Shown piece after piece: positions 60,126-64,000 of a DNA stretch of 64,000 nt. The stretch lies in the IMG/VR virus record IMGVR_UViG_3300024505_000864. One strand, written 5' to 3'. The notes beneath the pieces were generated by a model that ran no database searches, was not told the DNA's origin, and worked only from the letters and a program-made list of their open reading frames with translations. The number at the start of each line of letters is the position of its first letter. Position 1 is the stretch's first letter. This DNA comes from an uncultured virus (IMG/VR IMGVR_UViG_3300024505_000864). Lineage: Duplodnaviria; Heunggongvirae; Uroviricota; Caudoviricetes. A program made the position numbers and the translations under genes.

Positions 60126-61991
60126 TTATAGTTGACGAGAACTATTTGGTTTTAATTGTGCAACTTCAGATTCAGAAATTTCGGAAATAGTTGGATCATC
60201 ATCTGTTTTTTCAGGTTCTATAATGACTTTTCCATTTTCATCTGTCCAATCTGTATCAATCATATGTTTATCTTTTCTTTCTCCAATAACAATCCATGAA
60301 ATGTTATCTATAGAATTTGGATTCTGACATTCAATAGTTAAAATATTTCCATTTACTGCACCTCTCACTTGATCCCATCCACTTTCATTTGTAGTAAAGC
60401 ACTGAACATCTCTACATAAAGCCGAGAAAGTTCCTTCAGTCATTCCAGAAACTTCATCAATATTTACAGAAGCAGTTCCATTTACAAGATTAACTTTCCC
60501 CCTGTAAATAAGATCAGCTTTAGGTCCTTCTATAAATGAATGAACCAAATAATGTGTATCCTTCTTATCCTCTAATGGGTGATCAATTTTAAATGATCCT
60601 GATCCTTTTGATAAAGCTCCAGTTACGTACAAACTATCCCATATAGTGGTACTAAAAGAACCTCCAGCGGAAACTTTTGCTTGGAAATGTCCATAAAAAG
60701 AACCATTTCTTCTCAAATACATTGTATTAGTAGAAACCCCGGCAAGAGATATTCCAGTACTATCAGATGCTTGCATCCAAGAGTCTCCACCATACATTAT
60801 AATATTCTGATCTGTAAGTATAGCCATTACAGATCTATTAGTAGAAACTCCAGTAGTAGTTTCAAAAGTTGTTATAATTGCCTCACTTTCATTAACTTTA
60901 AATACTAAATCAAGGGCATTTCCAAAAGTATCTGGAGTTGTAGGATAAATTGCAAGTCTATTTGTTCCAGATTTATCAGTTATGTAGAACAAAGTTTCAT
61001 AATCTGTTCCAGGTGTTAGAAAATCAAATATAGAAATACCAGGTGTTGATATTTGAGGAAGTACTGTAGATCCAATTCCAACGGTCAGTAATTCATTTTG
61101 TTTACTATAACGGTACCAATCACCAACGGTTACACCAGATGAAGGAATTTTAATTTGATTTCCTGCATCAGAATAAACAACACTTGAAACATCATAATAA
61201 AGAACACTAGGAGTATCTTCAGTTATTAAAATTTCAGTGTATTTTGGAATATTAGATACTGTAACACCATTAGTATATTCTTCTGTTCTTGCTTCATCGA
61301 TATAGAATTTTATTCTACCTAATGAAAAAGCACTGCTATCAGATTCATTAAAACGATAGGTTTTTCCTGGTAAAAATGTTAAATATGGAGCCTCTACACC
61401 ATCAAAAACATATGATTTATTTTTTCCTACTCCAGATGGATATCTATGGTTACTAGTTTTATTAGCTACAGTAACTATAATTTCTATCGGATTTCCATTA
61501 TTAACAGAATGAGGCTCTGCATAATATCCACCACTTAAAGGTCCAGAACTTATAATTCTACTGGAAGAAACATTAGTTGCAGTAAGAATTCCAGTAAAGT
61601 TTGCATCACCAGAAGAATTAACTAATTCATTAGATCCTACACTAATTCTACCAGCATCTGCATCTATACTAAGTTGAGAACCAATATTAATTTGATTACT
61701 CGTTGGATCTAAAGTAATAGTAGCAGTACCAATTGAAAGAATTCCAGTGATTCTAGCATTACCATTTACAAGTAAATCAGTTCCTGCTGTACCAATTACA
61801 ACATTCCCTACAGTGACTATTCCAACTACGTTTGATAGATCAGATTTTGCTAATTCATGTCCACCAGCATTTACACCATCATGAACACGAAGAGAATTAT
61901 TGTCAGTATTTACTGAAATTTCCCCAGAACCACCTGTAAAATTGTTATTCTGGGATTCATCCCCTCTTCTAAATTGTACTTGTGTAGGCAT
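60126..61991 (-). CDS. Tail fibre / virion structural protein
   Basis: QVQFRRG...GE...HDGV..GG N-terminal domain; KGSGSFKIDHPL C-terminal domain. Confidence 0.8.
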   Translation of the reverse strand: MPTQVQFRRGDESQNNNFTGGSGEISVNTDNNSLRVHDGVNAGGHELAKSDLSNVVGIVTVGNVVIGTAGTDLLVNGNARITGILSIGTATITLDPTSNQINIGSQLSIDADAGRISVGSNELVNSSGDANFTGILTATNVSSSRIISSGPLSGGYYAEPHSVNNGNPIEIIVTVANKTSNHRYPSGVGKNKSYVFDGVEAPYLTFLPGKTYRFNESDSSAFSLGRIKFYIDEARTEEYTNGVTVSNIPKYTEILITEDTPSVLYYDVSSVVYSDAGNQIKIPSSGVTVGDWYRYSKQNELLTVGIGSTVLPQISTPGISIFDFLTPGTDYETLFYITDKSGTNRLAIYPTTPDTFGNALDLVFKVNESEAIITTFETTTGVSTNRSVMAILTDQNIIMYGGDSWMQASDSTGISLAGVSTNTMYLRRNGSFYGHFQAKVSAGGSFSTTIWDSLYVTGALSKGSGSFKIDHPLEDKKDTHYLVHSFIEGPKADLIYRGKVNLVNGTASVNIDEVSGMTEGTFSALCRDVQCFTTNESGWDQVRGAVNGNILTIECQNPNSIDNISWIVIGERKDKHMIDTDWTDENGKVIIEPEKTDDDPTISEISESEVAQLKPNSSRQL

Positions 61992-62022
61992 CTTTCTTAT
62001 CTTTTTAAGTATTTAGTATAAT

Positions 62023-63912
62023 TTATAAAACCCCGAAATCAAATGAGGGTAAAAATCCTGCAGGATCTGTTAAACAATCAAAGACACTAATGATAGAAAT
62101 TCCAAAAGCATCATAATTAGAAGATAAATTACCATAATCACCTAATGGTAATGATGAAGTATGAATTCCAGAAACTTTATTTGCTCTCACTGTATTTTGG
62201 TTGCCATCAATAATTACACTTGACTGACCTACTGTTAAAATTCCAGTAACTCTAGCATTACCATTAACCATTAATGTGGTTCCAGATGCACCTACTGCAC
62301 CAACTTCCAAAGCAAATCTTGCATTTGTAGTTCCTATACCAACTCCAGAACTGTTAATTCTTACATACTCTTGAGTTTCTGATTTATCGGTAAAAATAAT
62401 ATCTTCAGATCCAATAGTAATATTAGAACCTGTTGAGATTCCATTATAATCTGTGACAATTTTTAAATCACCATTTGAAGTAAAGATTCTTGCTACTCCT
62501 CCAGTACCAGGAATTCCCCCAAAATTATCATAAATGAAACCAAGATGATCTTCACCACTTCCATCAATATTTTGACCTAAAGTAAAAGTAGCAGGTAAAC
62601 CAGAAGCAGAAGATGTAATAGAAATAGTAGGAAGAGTGAACGTCTGTGGGAACAGAGAATTTAATGAAATTACACCAGAATTCAGTATAAATGTGTCAAC
62701 ATCAGTTTGAAAATATCCTCCAGGAGTATTGATTGCAATATTAGGAGCATAAACACTTAAAAGAGGTGTAGAAATATCTACAATTGATGTGCCAATTCCA
62801 ACTGAGGTAAATGTATTGCCGTCATTACAATCAAAATTTACTGTTCCTAAAACATCTAATTGTGATATTGGGTCTGTGGTTCCAATACCAATGTTTCCAC
62901 TAAAAATAGAAACATCAGAAACACTTAAAGTTTCAAGAGAAGTATCACCTTTTACTGTAAGAGCACTTGTTGGATTTGTGGTTCCAACACCAACATTAGA
63001 TAATGTGTGGATTCCTGATGCTGTTGTGACCCACTGAGAAGAAATAGGTAACTGCGAATTACCCCAAATACCAGTAGAAGAATCATAAATTAAAACGTCA
63101 TTATCTGATAATGTTGTAGTATCAATCCCAACATCATGAAGATCATTTAAAAAGAATCCAAATGTAGGTCTAACTAAAATAATCCCAGCATTCTGATGAG
63201 ATCTAAGAACTGCTGCAATTTGAATAGAGTGATTTGGTGCAGATGGCTGCACATTTGTCATAACACCTACATTATTTGGATCAGCATAAAGAATATCACC
63301 TACATTCCATTCTTCAGTATTAAGATCTCCGACTTTACCAAAACTAGTAACATATCCAAAATCATTAGTTGCAAAATCTTGAGTTGCAACACCCATAATG
63401 TAAGTATCTCTGAATCCCACTGATTGTAAATCTGATGGGGTTATGAGTGCATGATCCCCCTGGACTCCCGCAAACATTATAAGTTGACCATTAGTTATTG
63501 GTGCTACAGCTTTAGCATAAAAATATTGCTCTTGCCCCACTTGAAGTGTGACATCATTCAATAATCCAATATCTAAAGTTCCTTCAGAACTATTCCAAGA
63601 AAGATCTCCCGCACTTATAGTTGCTACAGTATCTGTTTTAAATCCAATGGAAGTAAATTCCGATATCACTGTAGATAAACCTACAGTTGAAATACCAGAA
63701 TTATAAGATATTGAAAAATTATTATCAAAATTAAATGTAGTAGTAGCACCCACTACAGCATTATTACTTTCTAATGCAACAGAAGATGCATTATAATTTA
63801 CAGTCAACGATGTTGAATATCCCACCCACTGTTTCCCATTCCAAATAAAAGAATTTTCACCACTAGTAAAAATTTGATATAGTGTTGGTGAACCTGGGAA
63901 ATTTATTGCCAT
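62023..63912 (-). CDS. Tail fibre / virion structural protein
   Basis: MAINFP..P; repeated VG[I/V]GTTNP motifs. Confidence 0.8.
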   Translation of the reverse strand: MAINFPGSPTLYQIFTSGENSFIWNGKQWVGYSTSLTVNYNASSVALESNNAVVGATTTFNFDNNFSISYNSGISTVGLSTVISEFTSIGFKTDTVATISAGDLSWNSSEGTLDIGLLNDVTLQVGQEQYFYAKAVAPITNGQLIMFAGVQGDHALITPSDLQSVGFRDTYIMGVATQDFATNDFGYVTSFGKVGDLNTEEWNVGDILYADPNNVGVMTNVQPSAPNHSIQIAAVLRSHQNAGIILVRPTFGFFLNDLHDVGIDTTTLSDNDVLIYDSSTGIWGNSQLPISSQWVTTASGIHTLSNVGVGTTNPTSALTVKGDTSLETLSVSDVSIFSGNIGIGTTDPISQLDVLGTVNFDCNDGNTFTSVGIGTSIVDISTPLLSVYAPNIAINTPGGYFQTDVDTFILNSGVISLNSLFPQTFTLPTISITSSASGLPATFTLGQNIDGSGEDHLGFIYDNFGGIPGTGGVARIFTSNGDLKIVTDYNGISTGSNITIGSEDIIFTDKSETQEYVRINSSGVGIGTTNARFALEVGAVGASGTTLMVNGNARVTGILTVGQSSVIIDGNQNTVRANKVSGIHTSSLPLGDYGNLSSNYDAFGISIISVFDCLTDPAGFLPSFDFGVL

Positions 63913-64000
63913 TTTTACCCTTTCTAATTATTTATTATAAACTCCACGAGGGAATACTTGACCTTGTGAAGGTCTTCTTCCTGTCAAGTATCCAGGTCTA

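Overview
AT-rich segment of a large T4-like cyanophage (Kyanoviridae-like). The cyanobacterial host is inferred from the tmRNA tag, the tRNA-Leu(UAA) group I intron and a cyanobacterial-type boxA. Essentially all real genes are on the minus strand, so they read right to left. 64-51 kb: tail-fibre/virion genes and an S8 protease. 51-47 kb: glycosyltransferase, methyltransferase and sulfotransferase cluster. 47-37 kb: small hypothetical genes, including a HiPIP. 37-32.5 kb: proteins with T4 capsid-targeting N-termini. 32-29.5 kb: 2OG oxygenase, YczE-like protein and Dam. 29.2-25.4 kb: late cassette with coiled-coil, collagen, papain protease and Tyr/Pro-rich peptides. 24.9-19 kb: RNA island with 21 tRNAs, a group I intron, manA-like RNA, a two-piece tmRNA, Dps and Mom. 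18.2-0 kb: shuffled array of small early genes with repeated promoter modules. Best candidate new systems: (1) a leader-peptide attenuator whose codons match the downstream tRNA operon, a possible tRNA-depletion sensor; (2) GIY-YIG endonuclease genes each preceded by a small RNA antisense to their own 5' UTR; (3) a capsid-targeted HiPIP; (4) the sRNA-controlled late collagen/Tyr-rich cassette. All calls are by eye; no searches or folding programs were run.
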